The notes below the pieces were generated by a model. That model was not told the DNA's origin and made no database searches. It saw nothing but the letters and a program-made list of their open reading frames with translations. The translations under genes and the position numbers were made by a program. Below are positions 16,542 to 25,221 of a stretch of DNA of 39,477 bases, in pieces. Origin of the DNA: Lachnospiraceae bacterium. GTDB taxonomy: Bacteria > Bacillota > Clostridia > Lachnospirales > Lachnospiraceae. Each line of letters opens with the position of its first letter. Position 1 is the stretch's first letter. The DNA is taken from assembly GCA_017550925.1 (NCBI GenBank), contig JAFZNL010000293.1, forward strand, positions 1 to 39,477, written 5' to 3'.

Positions 16542-19057
16542 TACTCTTTCCTCCAATTGGTGTAGGTGATGTACTTACCTAAGGATCTGTTTTCGTCTTC
16601 CAGTCTTTCCTCTTCCGTAACTGTTCCGGTTCCGCCCATGCTCTCATCTCTTCCCACATCAGGAACAAACATGTCAGAAAGCTTGATGACGGTAGAGCCA
16701 TTCTGAATCGCAAGATTCTTCAGGGCTGTCTTAACCGGCGTCTTCTTACGGTTGATCTCGCCGCACATCGGTCCGATCACGACATTCTTTCCTGCGATCG
16801 CGAGTCCGTCAAATTTTTTGTCCAGATAAATATTGCCGGATGCTACAATAACGATGATATCACTATCCGATGAGTCGCCGAAGGTATAATCACCGTCAAC
16901 AACAATGGCCTTGTATCCGGGTGAATCACCACTGATGGTAATGTTGGTTCCCGAACCGGTCCACAGTTTGTCAAACACTCTTGTTGAACTGAAGAACGGA
17001 CTTGATATCTTATCGGTCTTCACAATGTTTTCAAACACACCGGGATCCGTAAGATCCGAAGGCGCAACAGCCGGCTGTGTTGTATAGAGTCTGTTGAAGT
17101 ACTCTTCTGCCTTATTTGTGGAAAGATCCTGCAGTCTTGATGTCCTGATAGCCGAAGTGTTGACATTGTTTTCGATCATCTGTAGCGCACCTGCATTATC
17201 ATAATAGAATAGATTTCCGCGAAGTGTCAGATTCGGATAATCATCACCGTTCTTGGTCAAAAGCGTCGTACCGAACGTGGAATGGTCTTTATTATAGTAG
17301 GGCGCGATCAGACTGTCCACCTGAGTCGGGTCTTCATCATAAAGCCCCTTCAGGAAAGCTGCCGCATTCTGCTCATCCGATCCGAAATCCAGGTATAAAT
17401 ATACGAGAACCGTGCCATTGATCCGCCTGTAAACCGCTTTATACTGTGTCGTATTCGCATCTCCGAGCCGTGACCAGCTTACAACATCATATCTGGGCTT
17501 TTCAAGTCCGTCTACCGGATCAGTATAAGTCGTATTTTTCAATCTTTCAAACTCATCCCTGCTCATGGGGTTCTTGCCGAGCCACATCTCATTCGTTGTC
17601 TTATCATAACCGATGCAGTTTGCAGGGATCAGATACAGCATCTGCTCTGCCCTTGCACCCATGGCACCACCCATCAGAAGGTCCTGTGAATTCTGCGGTA
17701 CATAGGTATCTTCAGGCATGACCGGCGTCGGAAGGAGATTATTGTCATTCAGCGCCTTATTATAGGTTTCAATCTTTACGATCTCGTCACTGTTATCGGA
17801 TTCGCCGGAGCCATATACCCCATCATATCTGGCAGCGTCTGCATCATAATTAGTTGCTCCGATGAAGCTGTTTCCGCCGAGGATCAGTTCATTCAAACCC
17901 GACATATCCAGTGTCGTATTAGCTCCGTTTACCAGAATCGAACTGCTTCCCGAAGAATTGGAATAATCACTTCCGTATCCGTAATAATAACCACTGACAT
18001 AGACCTGATTGTTTCTGCCGTTGATGTCAAGGTCATCCTGTGCATAAATGGTTCCGTCAAGATTCAGAAGGGATGTCCCGCTGACCACAATATCATTTGC
18101 ATAGGTTGTATAATTATCCTTAATGGTCAGGCCATGACTGGAATCGGAATCTTCCACTGTCATATCATTTGTTACCAGATAATACTTCGTTGTGGACTCT
18201 TCCCCGTCTGCATAAGTAAATTCCACTTTGGATCCCCTTACATAGAGCCCCTGTCTTCCGGCATTGACATCGCCGCCGAGTTTGAGATTGATCGGGCCGC
18301 TGGCATGAGAGCCGGGTTCCGGAGAATAGTGAATACCTGCATCTGAAGGATAATTCACATCCGATACGACTGCATCATTAGCGATCAAACAGAAATCGTC
18401 CAGATTTGCTGTCGTCGTCGTGCCCGTATTGCTCATTTCCGGAATGGTAATCCTGACATCCGTCTGGATGACCGAAACATAACCATTTGTATTTGTGTAA
18501 GTCACCCTGAAGTTTTTGATGGTGATCAGGGTATCTGACGTTGTAATAGCATTGTCCGTTGAAAGGCTCGGATCATCTCCTGCCTCAATATAGGCGCCGA
18601 CTGCACCTGCGGAAGGAGCAACTGCCATGCCGGGCTGCATGCCACGCTTATACAGTTCAATAAAATAATTAACATCCCAACTGTCTCCTGCCGGTGTTTC
18701 CTGAAGCTTCTCCTTAAACGCCGTCGTAAAACGCTGTCTGAAGAGCGCATCTCTGGTCAATCCGAAAGCAGCGAGCTCATCAGTAGAAAGTTCCATAATA
18801 TAAGTATAGGCATCCAGCATGGCATCCGAAATATCCACCTGCATACCTGCGTTAACGATATCCAGAACTGATTCCGCGGAATAGAAGTTATCTTTCGCCC
18901 TGGTATCATTATACTTCATCAAATAGTTGCCATACGCCGAATATACGATCATGGCCACCAGCATACCAATGAAAGCGATTGCAAGTATGACCATTACCAG
19001 CGCATTACCTTTTTGTCTGCCCCGCTTTCCATTCTTAAACTTTTTCATCAACGACAT
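16541..19057 (-). CDS. large PilK/PilX/GspK-like pseudopilin (~838 aa) lacking the F+1/E+5 motif
   Basis: MSLMKKFKNGKRGRQKGNALVMVILAIAFIGMLVAMIVYS has a basic leader and a hydrophobic helix but no G|F...E5. GspK/PilK-type minor pilins look like this. ATG 19057 (GGGAGAG RBS) is preferred over TTG 19096. Confidence 0.75.
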   Translation of the reverse strand: MSLMKKFKNGKRGRQKGNALVMVILAIAFIGMLVAMIVYSAYGNYLMKYNDTRAKDNFYSAESVLDIVNAGMQVDISDAMLDAYTYIMELSTDELAAFGLTRDALFRQRFTTAFKEKLQETPAGDSWDVNYFIELYKRGMQPGMAVAPSAGAVGAYIEAGDDPSLSTDNAITTSDTLITIKNFRVTYTNTNGYVSVIQTDVRITIPEMSNTGTTTTANLDDFCLIANDAVVSDVNYPSDAGIHYSPEPGSHASGPINLKLGGDVNAGRQGLYVRGSKVEFTYADGEESTTKYYLVTNDMTVEDSDSSHGLTIKDNYTTYANDIVVSGTSLLNLDGTIYAQDDLDINGRNNQVYVSGYYYGYGSDYSNSSGSSSILVNGANTTLDMSGLNELILGGNSFIGATNYDADAARYDGVYGSGESDNSDEIVKIETYNKALNDNNLLPTPVMPEDTYVPQNSQDLLMGGAMGARAEQMLYLIPANCIGYDKTTNEMWLGKNPMSRDEFERLKNTTYTDPVDGLEKPRYDVVSWSRLGDANTTQYKAVYRRINGTVLVYLYLDFGSDEQNAAAFLKGLYDEDPTQVDSLIAPYYNKDHSTFGTTLLTKNGDDYPNLTLRGNLFYYDNAGALQMIENNVNTSAIRTSRLQDLSTNKAEEYFNRLYTTQPAVAPSDLTDPGVFENIVKTDKISSPFFSSTRVFDKLWTGSGTNITISGDSPGYKAIVVDGDYTFGDSSDSDIIVIVASGNIYLDKKFDGLAIAGKNVVIGPMCGEINRKKTPVKTALKNLAIQNGSTVIKLSDMFVPDVGRDESMGGTGTVTEEERLEDENRSLGKYITYTNWRKE

Positions 19058-19113
19058 GGCCATCTCTCCCTTTCTTACAAATAACAGACGCTGCAACGAA
19101 ACAAAATCAACTC

Positions 19114-20604
19114 TTAAACTCTTCCTCCGGACAATGCACCCTTATAGGTTACTTCTGTTCCGGTCTTTCTGTCTTTTACGATAATTTCAACATTATAAAT
19201 GGTAGGTGTTGTTGAATCCATCAATCCGTCATCGATCAATCTCTCATAATCATCCGACAAAATTTTATTTACCGTAGTATTGTAATAGATATCGCAACGG
19301 TTCTTGTCATAATGGGTGGAAATCGAGGTAATATCAGGATCTGTATCCGAAATGCCTTTTTTCCTGTTCAGACGCTTAGTATTCTCTTCCGATATCTCAT
19401 GTCCGCCTTCGTCATAATATCTGAGGTTGTCCAAAGAACCCAGATTCAGGTCATAACGAAGATTCTGCACTACCTTTGTCAAGTCATTCAAATTACCGGC
19501 CCCGTCATCCGATGTGATATGTAATTCACACTTATAACTGGAATTAATGGCATCCGAGGAGTTTCTCTTCTGACGGAATACAAAGAAGTTGATCTCCTCT
19601 CCGGTATGATTGACAAGCTCGATCGTATCCAACGATGACGCCAGACTGCTTCCGGGCGTACCGCAGTATGTTAGATAAATATTTCTCGGTTTTTCCGAAT
19701 TATTGTCATAGATCGGCGAAAGGTTAACGGGAAGATAAACGCTGTCCACCGGGTTAAGATTCCAGCTGGTCACGTAAGTGTCCTTGATCTTATATTTCTC
19801 GGTTACAAGCACCTGATAATCGGGATGATCCGCATCCGGACCGTCATTTGTCACTTCACAGCGAAGTACATGCTCGATCTTCCCGTTTAGCATGCTCTGG
19901 TTGATCACCGTTACCGGGCTGGTAAGTGTGGCAAAGGTGCTCATGGCATCTGAATAGTAGGATCCGCCGCCTGCTCTTTCCACATTGGCAAAACTGCAGT
20001 CGATGGAGTCATTTACTTCATACATACGATTCAGTTCGTCATCGATCTTGCCCTGATATCCTGCGTAAGACATTTTGATGGAAACATCGTAGGTGTTCTT
20101 CTGCTGTTTCAGTCCGTTGATATAGAAGTAGTAGTCCGGCTCAGCCTTATTCATCTTGGGTATAACCTTGGATCCCACAAGATCTGCATACTGCATGCCG
20201 AGACTTGCTGTCGCATCCTCCGCAGCCGTATTGTCGTCAGTATTGACATCTACCTTATATCCGTCTGTCAGAGTGCCGCCGGACATGACCCTGTCACCAT
20301 GGGAAGAATATTTAAGTCGTGCTGGAAGCAATGTGCCGTTGAGAGATTCAGCACTTTCGAATTTCGCAATTACTTCTTCGCCTTTATAAGCACTCAGACC
20401 TTCCATGATGTCCTGCGCCAGATTCATTTCATTCAGCTGTCTTCTGGCCTTCATGTTGACGGTACCGGATTTTACGAAATTAGAGATCATAGGCGCAGCC
20501 GCGACAGCCAGAATTGCTACCGCAATGATCACCTCGACCAGTGTAAAACCACTATTTTTTTTCATTTGATCGTTTCTTCGTTTCATCATCCATCCGCCCT
20601 TCAT
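19114..20604 (-). CDS. minor pilin (496-aa ORF) with a prepilin-type N-terminal motif
   Basis: ...MKKNSG|FTLVEVIIAVAILAVAAAPMISNF. The start is uncertain: candidate ATGs are at 20604, 20589/20586 and 20565. Confidence 0.85.
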   Translation of the reverse strand: MKGGWMMKRRNDQMKKNSGFTLVEVIIAVAILAVAAAPMISNFVKSGTVNMKARRQLNEMNLAQDIMEGLSAYKGEEVIAKFESAESLNGTLLPARLKYSSHGDRVMSGGTLTDGYKVDVNTDDNTAAEDATASLGMQYADLVGSKVIPKMNKAEPDYYFYINGLKQQKNTYDVSIKMSYAGYQGKIDDELNRMYEVNDSIDCSFANVERAGGGSYYSDAMSTFATLTSPVTVINQSMLNGKIEHVLRCEVTNDGPDADHPDYQVLVTEKYKIKDTYVTSWNLNPVDSVYLPVNLSPIYDNNSEKPRNIYLTYCGTPGSSLASSLDTIELVNHTGEEINFFVFRQKRNSSDAINSSYKCELHITSDDGAGNLNDLTKVVQNLRYDLNLGSLDNLRYYDEGGHEISEENTKRLNRKKGISDTDPDITSISTHYDKNRCDIYYNTTVNKILSDDYERLIDDGLMDSTTPTIYNVEIIVKDRKTGTEVTYKGALSGGRV

Positions 20605-20643
20605 GTTAGAAGCAACTGTTTTTGTTACAGGATTTTGCCAAGA

Positions 20644-20678
20644 CAGGCAATAGGGAATTTTCCCTGCCCTATTGCCTG
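20644..20678 (-). other. perfect 12-bp intercistronic hairpin between pilO and the minor-pilin genes
   Basis: CAGGCAATAGGG (20644-20655) pairs with CCCTATTGCCTG (20667-20678) around an 11-nt loop. No U-run follows on the minus strand. Confidence 0.6.
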
Positions 20679-20700
20679 CATATTACAACTTTATTTCTAA

Positions 20701-21507
20701 TTACTGTGCTGCTGCAGCTGCAGATTTCGCTGCTGCTGCCGCCTGTCCTGCTGCCTTCTCTGCGAGGATCGCTGCAAGACGGGCCTGTGTATCAAACAGG
20801 TCATTTGTACCAACTGCAACACCAGGTGTCTTCGGTGATTCATAAGTCTTATCCGTACCTGTCAGTGAATACATGTTGTAGGTAACTGTTCCTTCCAGAT
20901 TACCGGTTTCTTCACTGAACGCCATGTTGACCATATCAACCGATTTCTTGTTAACGCCGTCTTTCGTAATTCTGGTGAGCACATCCTTAAGTGTACTGTA
21001 AGCTGTTCTGACAGTCACCGTTACCGGCGTCTGATACAGCATGTTCGAAGGTTTCGTAGGTTCTGACTCGGTCACGGTATTCTCAACGATCTCGCCGGTC
21101 TCTTCTCCGGTTGCTTCATCTGTTACAGCTTCTTCCGCTGCAGGTGCTGAAGGTGCAGCCACCTCGATCACGCTTGAACCCGGCATGGAAATTGCGGTAA
21201 TATCAAGCTGAAGGCTGTTTTTCTCTGTTTCATCCGCATATAAGATCTCATCTTCCGGTTTTACATCTGCCGGGAACTGCGCGATGATCTTCTCGTCTTC
21301 TTCCTTCATTGTCTTGGTATCATTGATATACTGTTCTTTGTGATCCGCAAGATCCTGGAGACGATCCACCTCAGCCTGAAGTGCGTCATTCTCCACCTTT
21401 ACCGCATCGGTCTTTTCGCCGAGGGAATTCCAAATCACGGTATAGGCTACGATAATACATACAATTCCGAGAAGTCCCAAAATGATTCCTACATAATTAT
21501 TCTTCAT
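20701..21507 (-). CDS. pilO: PilO-like pilus assembly protein
   Basis: 268 aa with an AGGAGGG RBS. It is a bitopic protein with an N-terminal TM (VGIILGLLGIVCIIVAYTVIW), a coiled coil (VENDALQAEVDRLQDLADHKEQY) and an extracytoplasmic domain. It sits directly after pilMN. The assignment rests on architecture and position, not on strong sequence recall. Confidence 0.6.
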   Translation of the reverse strand: MKNNYVGIILGLLGIVCIIVAYTVIWNSLGEKTDAVKVENDALQAEVDRLQDLADHKEQYINDTKTMKEEDEKIIAQFPADVKPEDEILYADETEKNSLQLDITAISMPGSSVIEVAAPSAPAAEEAVTDEATGEETGEIVENTVTESEPTKPSNMLYQTPVTVTVRTAYSTLKDVLTRITKDGVNKKSVDMVNMAFSEETGNLEGTVTYNMYSLTGTDKTYESPKTPGVAVGTNDLFDTQARLAAILAEKAAGQAAAAAKSAAAAAQ

Positions 21508-21524
21508 GATCTGTTTCCCTCCTG

Positions 21525-23357
21525 TTACTCAGCCGTATTCTCGGTCTGTTCCGCGGTCTGTTCCTCAACCAGAGCCGGATTCGTTCCATAAGTACATACA
21601 ACCTGTGTTTCAACTCTGGGCTCTGCCAATACTCTGCCCTGATCATCCAGTTCTTCTTCCACTTCATTCACCGCAGTGATCTGAACATCAGAGAAGTTAT
21701 CAAAGGTTCTCAGGCTCAGTACTGCTGCAGCAACTTCTTCCTTCGTTGCAACCGTAAAGGTCAGGATAAAGCTGTCTGTGGTTGCATTGATCGCGTTCAC
21801 CTGAATGCTGCTGGGCAGCTTTTTCTCCATCTCTTCAATGGTCTCGGTGATCTGCGTATTATAATTTTCCGTCATCGCATAAACCGCTGTCAGATACTCG
21901 TTATCTGTCTTGGTCTGCATATATTCATTATAAATCTCGAGAACCGGTTCAAGCTGTGCTTTCTTCTCTTTCAGATTTTCATTACGTACATTTTCATTCA
22001 CATAATTCGGAATGCGAAGCGCCGAAACAACAGCCAAAACAACAAGACCTATCAAAAAGACTGTCAATCCCAGCTTATCACCGGATACGCTGACCGATTT
22101 TGCCTTAGCGCCTTTTTCTTTTTTGCCGCCCTTGCCGACAACCGCGTCTACCGGCATGAAACCAACGGAGCCGAGTGCCGCACCGATAACGGTGATGTAA
22201 TCACCAAGGGATACATCGTGCAAATGGAGACCCTGTGAAATATCCGTTCCTGCAAGGTCTTTCAGCACTTCGACTTCACGACCGAGCTCTTCGGAAAGCA
22301 ATCCGGAGAATCCCCAGAAGTCGGCTGCTATACCGGTCAGGATGATGTTGTCAATGGCTGCATCGCGGTTTTTGCTGTTATAGTAGTCAATTACGCGGAC
22401 AATGGAACTGATCAGCTGCATGTAGGCGTAAGTAACATCTCTTCTCAGTCTGAGCATCTTCAGGTTTGCGCCTGCCTGCTTTGCTGCTACCGTTGCACCG
22501 GCAATACCGGAGGAGTCACCGGTTGCTGCCGCCTCAGCGATCGCTGCTTCACTCTTTCTTTCGAGTTCCGCAACTTCCGCTTCCTTATCTGCCAGCGTCG
22601 CTTCTTCTTCTTCCTTCATAACCAGATTGTTACGACGAAGGGTCTTCACTGCTGCTTCATAAGAGAGTGCATCGCCGTATACATCTGTTTCCATCATAAT
22701 ATCAACAACCTGATCCGCACCATAGATACCGGAACGCTGCATGGTAATGATACCGTTGTTGGTAACCGTGATCAGTGATGAACGTTCATCAATCTTTACT
22801 GTCAGGTTTACGCCCTGAGCAAATCTGGTACGCAGTGCCTGGAAGATACTGTTACCGGAGTAGTCAATGGATACGAGGTCAAGTCCAAGTTGTTTTGCCA
22901 GATATCCGTAACCATCCAGGATCTCACTGGGGCAGGCCATGATCATAACTCTGTACTGCTTGGAACCGGATTCATCCGTAATGGTATCCATGATATTATG
23001 TGCAAACTGATAAGCACTCGGATCTACCGGGAAGTAATCTGTAATGTTCGCCATCAGCAGATCGCGCACCTTGTTCTCTTTGACAGCCGGGATCGTTGCT
23101 TCCCTGTTGGCGATCTTCGTGGATGATACCGCGAAGATAACCTTTTTCGCCGTCAGGCCATTGGCAGCGATATAAGATTTCAAATCCTGTACAAATGTTT
23201 CCGTTGCCATGATCGCGCCGTCATTTAAGATGTTGTCCGGCGTCTTCATACTGAATACATTGTACACCTGCGGTTTCTTGGACTGGTAATCCATTTCGCA
23301 GACCTGCGTCAATGAATAGCCAATCTCAATACTGATAACTCTTTGCGATTTTGCCAT
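21525..23357 (-). CDS. pilM: PilM-PilN fusion protein (actin-like ATPase fold plus bitopic PilN-like C-terminal part)
   Basis: 610 aa with an AGGAGG RBS. The N-terminus RVISIEIGYSLTQVCEM... matches the PilM/FtsA-like phosphate-1 region. There is an internal TM (LGLTVFLIGLVVLAVVSALRI), then a coiled coil and a small alpha/beta domain as in PilN. PilMN fusions are known in clostridial T4P clusters. Confidence 0.8.
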   Translation of the reverse strand: MAKSQRVISIEIGYSLTQVCEMDYQSKKPQVYNVFSMKTPDNILNDGAIMATETFVQDLKSYIAANGLTAKKVIFAVSSTKIANREATIPAVKENKVRDLLMANITDYFPVDPSAYQFAHNIMDTITDESGSKQYRVMIMACPSEILDGYGYLAKQLGLDLVSIDYSGNSIFQALRTRFAQGVNLTVKIDERSSLITVTNNGIITMQRSGIYGADQVVDIMMETDVYGDALSYEAAVKTLRRNNLVMKEEEEATLADKEAEVAELERKSEAAIAEAAATGDSSGIAGATVAAKQAGANLKMLRLRRDVTYAYMQLISSIVRVIDYYNSKNRDAAIDNIILTGIAADFWGFSGLLSEELGREVEVLKDLAGTDISQGLHLHDVSLGDYITVIGAALGSVGFMPVDAVVGKGGKKEKGAKAKSVSVSGDKLGLTVFLIGLVVLAVVSALRIPNYVNENVRNENLKEKKAQLEPVLEIYNEYMQTKTDNEYLTAVYAMTENYNTQITETIEEMEKKLPSSIQVNAINATTDSFILTFTVATKEEVAAAVLSLRTFDNFSDVQITAVNEVEEELDDQGRVLAEPRVETQVVCTYGTNPALVEEQTAEQTENTAE

Positions 23358-23481
23358 GATTTACCTCCTAAGATCTTTGAGCAGCTCGCCCTCGTTTTTC
23401 ACCGGTATTGCCGGTTTTATATCAACCCCTGCCTTCATCTGCTCAATTGCAAGGGAATAATATACAATTTCACGAAAAATT

Positions 23482-24258
23482 TTATAGATGTAACAGACCG
23501 AAATACCAGTCAACGAAGCCCCTCCCGACGGTAATTGCGATCATAATGCCTAATGACAGGTATGGCCCCATGGCCAGTTTCCTGTCCGCTCCGAAAAACC
23601 TCATTCTGATAATATGTATCACTGAGCCGAGGACACAACCCGCGATCAGCGCAAACACAATCTGTTTCCAGCCGATCAGCAGCCCTGCGGCCCCCATCAA
23701 AAACACGTCTCCCCAGCCCATGGCTCCCTCATGTGTAATGATTACGATCAAAGCCAAGGGAATACTGACAGCAAAGAGGCCGATCACTAAGGTCACCCAA
23801 TCCCCTAAGTGAAATCCCAGGTGGATCAGCCCCAGTGCCAGTATAAATCCATTATTTGCAAGAAAAATCTCCTGCGTACGAAAGTCGATGACGCTCAGCA
23901 CGATCAGTGCAGAGGCCAATAAACAGTATATCGCTGAATCTATACTCCACCCGTAAAGATAGAACACAAGAACATATACCGCTCCGTTTAATGCTTCAAT
24001 AATTGGGTATTGAGCGGAAATATGCTCACCGCATTTTCGGCATCGACCACGAAGGAACAGGTAACTGAACAGCGGAATCAGATCATACCAGGCTAAGGTG
24101 TAGCCGCATTTCATGCAATGGCTGCGTTCTTTCGCCACGCTCTCCCCCGCCGGTAATCGCAGGATACAGACGTTCAAAAATGAACCGATCACGATACCAA
24201 AGAGAAATATCATAATTCCTAAGATCAAAATTGCCATGAGTTCCTCAGAAGCGATCAT
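23482..24258 (-). CDS. pilD: prepilin peptidase (A24 family, PilD)
   Basis: 258 aa and polytopic. It has the N-terminal motif GSFLNVCILRLPAGESVAKERSHCMKCGYTLAWYDLIPLFSYLFLRGRCRKCGEHISAQYPIIE (Cys4 region) and the second catalytic-Asp region GAMGWGDVFLMGAAG. Confidence 0.93.
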   Translation of the reverse strand: MIASEELMAILILGIMIFLFGIVIGSFLNVCILRLPAGESVAKERSHCMKCGYTLAWYDLIPLFSYLFLRGRCRKCGEHISAQYPIIEALNGAVYVLVFYLYGWSIDSAIYCLLASALIVLSVIDFRTQEIFLANNGFILALGLIHLGFHLGDWVTLVIGLFAVSIPLALIVIITHEGAMGWGDVFLMGAAGLLIGWKQIVFALIAGCVLGSVIHIIRMRFFGADRKLAMGPYLSLGIMIAITVGRGFVDWYFGLLHL

Positions 24259-24279
24259 AGGGGAAATGCCTCCTTGCGG

Positions 24280-24319
24280 AAAATTCCGGCTTGGCGGCCT
24301 AAGTCAGGCCGCCTGCCGG
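24280..24319 (-). terminator. GC-rich hairpin after the second pilin gene (candidate leaky terminator or stabiliser)
   Basis: CCGGC-TT-GGCGGCCT (24286-24300), loop AAGTC, AGGCCGCC-T-GCCGG (24306-24319). This gives 13 bp, followed on the minus strand by AATTTT only. Confidence 0.5.
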
Positions 24320-24329
24320 GAAACGTTTT

Positions 24330-24728
24330 TTACCAAGTACCTGTGCAGGAAAGAGATCCGTCACCGGTGGTATCTGTTACAGTAACAGTGTAGGTGCTGT
24401 TCTTGTAAGCTTTGGATTTAACCTTTACAGAACCCCAGGAAGCGAAGTACTCGTTCAGACCTGCGGTGATACCTGCGGAACCAGTATTAACGCCGCCTGA
24501 GCTGAAGGTAAGGGTATCGCCATCAGAGATGGAATCGATATAATCTTCATCTGTGCAGGATGTCATAACTGCGTTCTTCAGGTTATCAGCATTGTCCTCA
24601 TCCGCGGACTTACGGCTCTTCTCAACATACTTGATGTACTGAGGAGCAAGAACTCCGATCAGGATAGCCATAATAGCGATAACGATGATAAGCTCTACCA
24701 ACGAGAAACCTTTGTTTGTCTTTTTCAT
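24330..24728 (-). CDS. pilA: type IV pilin (132 aa), probable major pilin
   Basis: MKKTNKG|FSLVELIIVIAIMAILIGVLAPQYIKYVEKSRKSADEDN... ATG 24728 has AAGGAGAGG upstream, and the track start 24767 is probably too early. There are two Cys residues (TSCTDEDY and LSCTGTW). A strong hairpin follows. Confidence 0.9.
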   Translation of the reverse strand: MKKTNKGFSLVELIIVIAIMAILIGVLAPQYIKYVEKSRKSADEDNADNLKNAVMTSCTDEDYIDSISDGDTLTFSSGGVNTGSAGITAGLNEYFASWGSVKVKSKAYKNSTYTVTVTDTTGDGSLSCTGTW

Positions 24729-24807
24729 TTTTTTCCTCTCCTTTTGTGTTTGTTTTTTATTTCTCATACAGTCCGCACCCCTATTCTACGGACCGTCATG
24801 ATTCAAT

Positions 24808-25209
24808 TTAACTCCAGTCACCGAAGATATCGAAATCTCCTTTTGCCGTCTTCGTAAAGCTGACTGTATAAGTCTGTGTCTTATACTTTTTGGATTTTGG
24901 CTTTTTTTGCGCCAGATTATCCGAATAGAATACGCCCAAAGCACTCATGATCGCCGCATTGCCGGAAGTGATGCCGCCGGAAGAAAACGTGATGGTGTCT
25001 CCGTCGTTGATGCTGTCGAAGTATTCTTCGTCCGAGATCATGACAAACGCCGATTCAAAAATCGATCCGGCTATATCCTCGTCAGCGGATATCCTCGATT
25101 TCTCCACATATTTGATGTACTGCGGTGCTAACACCCCGATCAGAATCGCGAGGATCGCAACCACAATGATCAGCTCCACCAGCGAAAAACCTTTGTTCGC
25201 GTGCTTCAT
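24808..25209 (-). CDS. pilA: type IV pilin paralogue (133 aa)
   Basis: MKHANKG|FSLVELIIVVAILAILIGVLAPQYIKYVEKSRISADEDI... with an AAAGGAGG RBS. It is homologous to the downstream pilin over its whole length and has no Cys. Confidence 0.9.
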   Translation of the reverse strand: MKHANKGFSLVELIIVVAILAILIGVLAPQYIKYVEKSRISADEDIAGSIFESAFVMISDEEYFDSINDGDTITFSSGGITSGNAAIMSALGVFYSDNLAQKKPKSKKYKTQTYTVSFTKTAKGDFDIFGDWS

Positions 25210-25221
25210 ACGCGCCTCCTT

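Noticed and set aside
23358-23481. 25-aa minus-strand mini-ORF (MKAGVDIKPAIPVKNEGELLKDLRR) in the pilD-pilM spacer
   Set aside because: It has no convincing RBS and ends inside the pilM RBS. It is too short to evaluate and is most likely just spacer.
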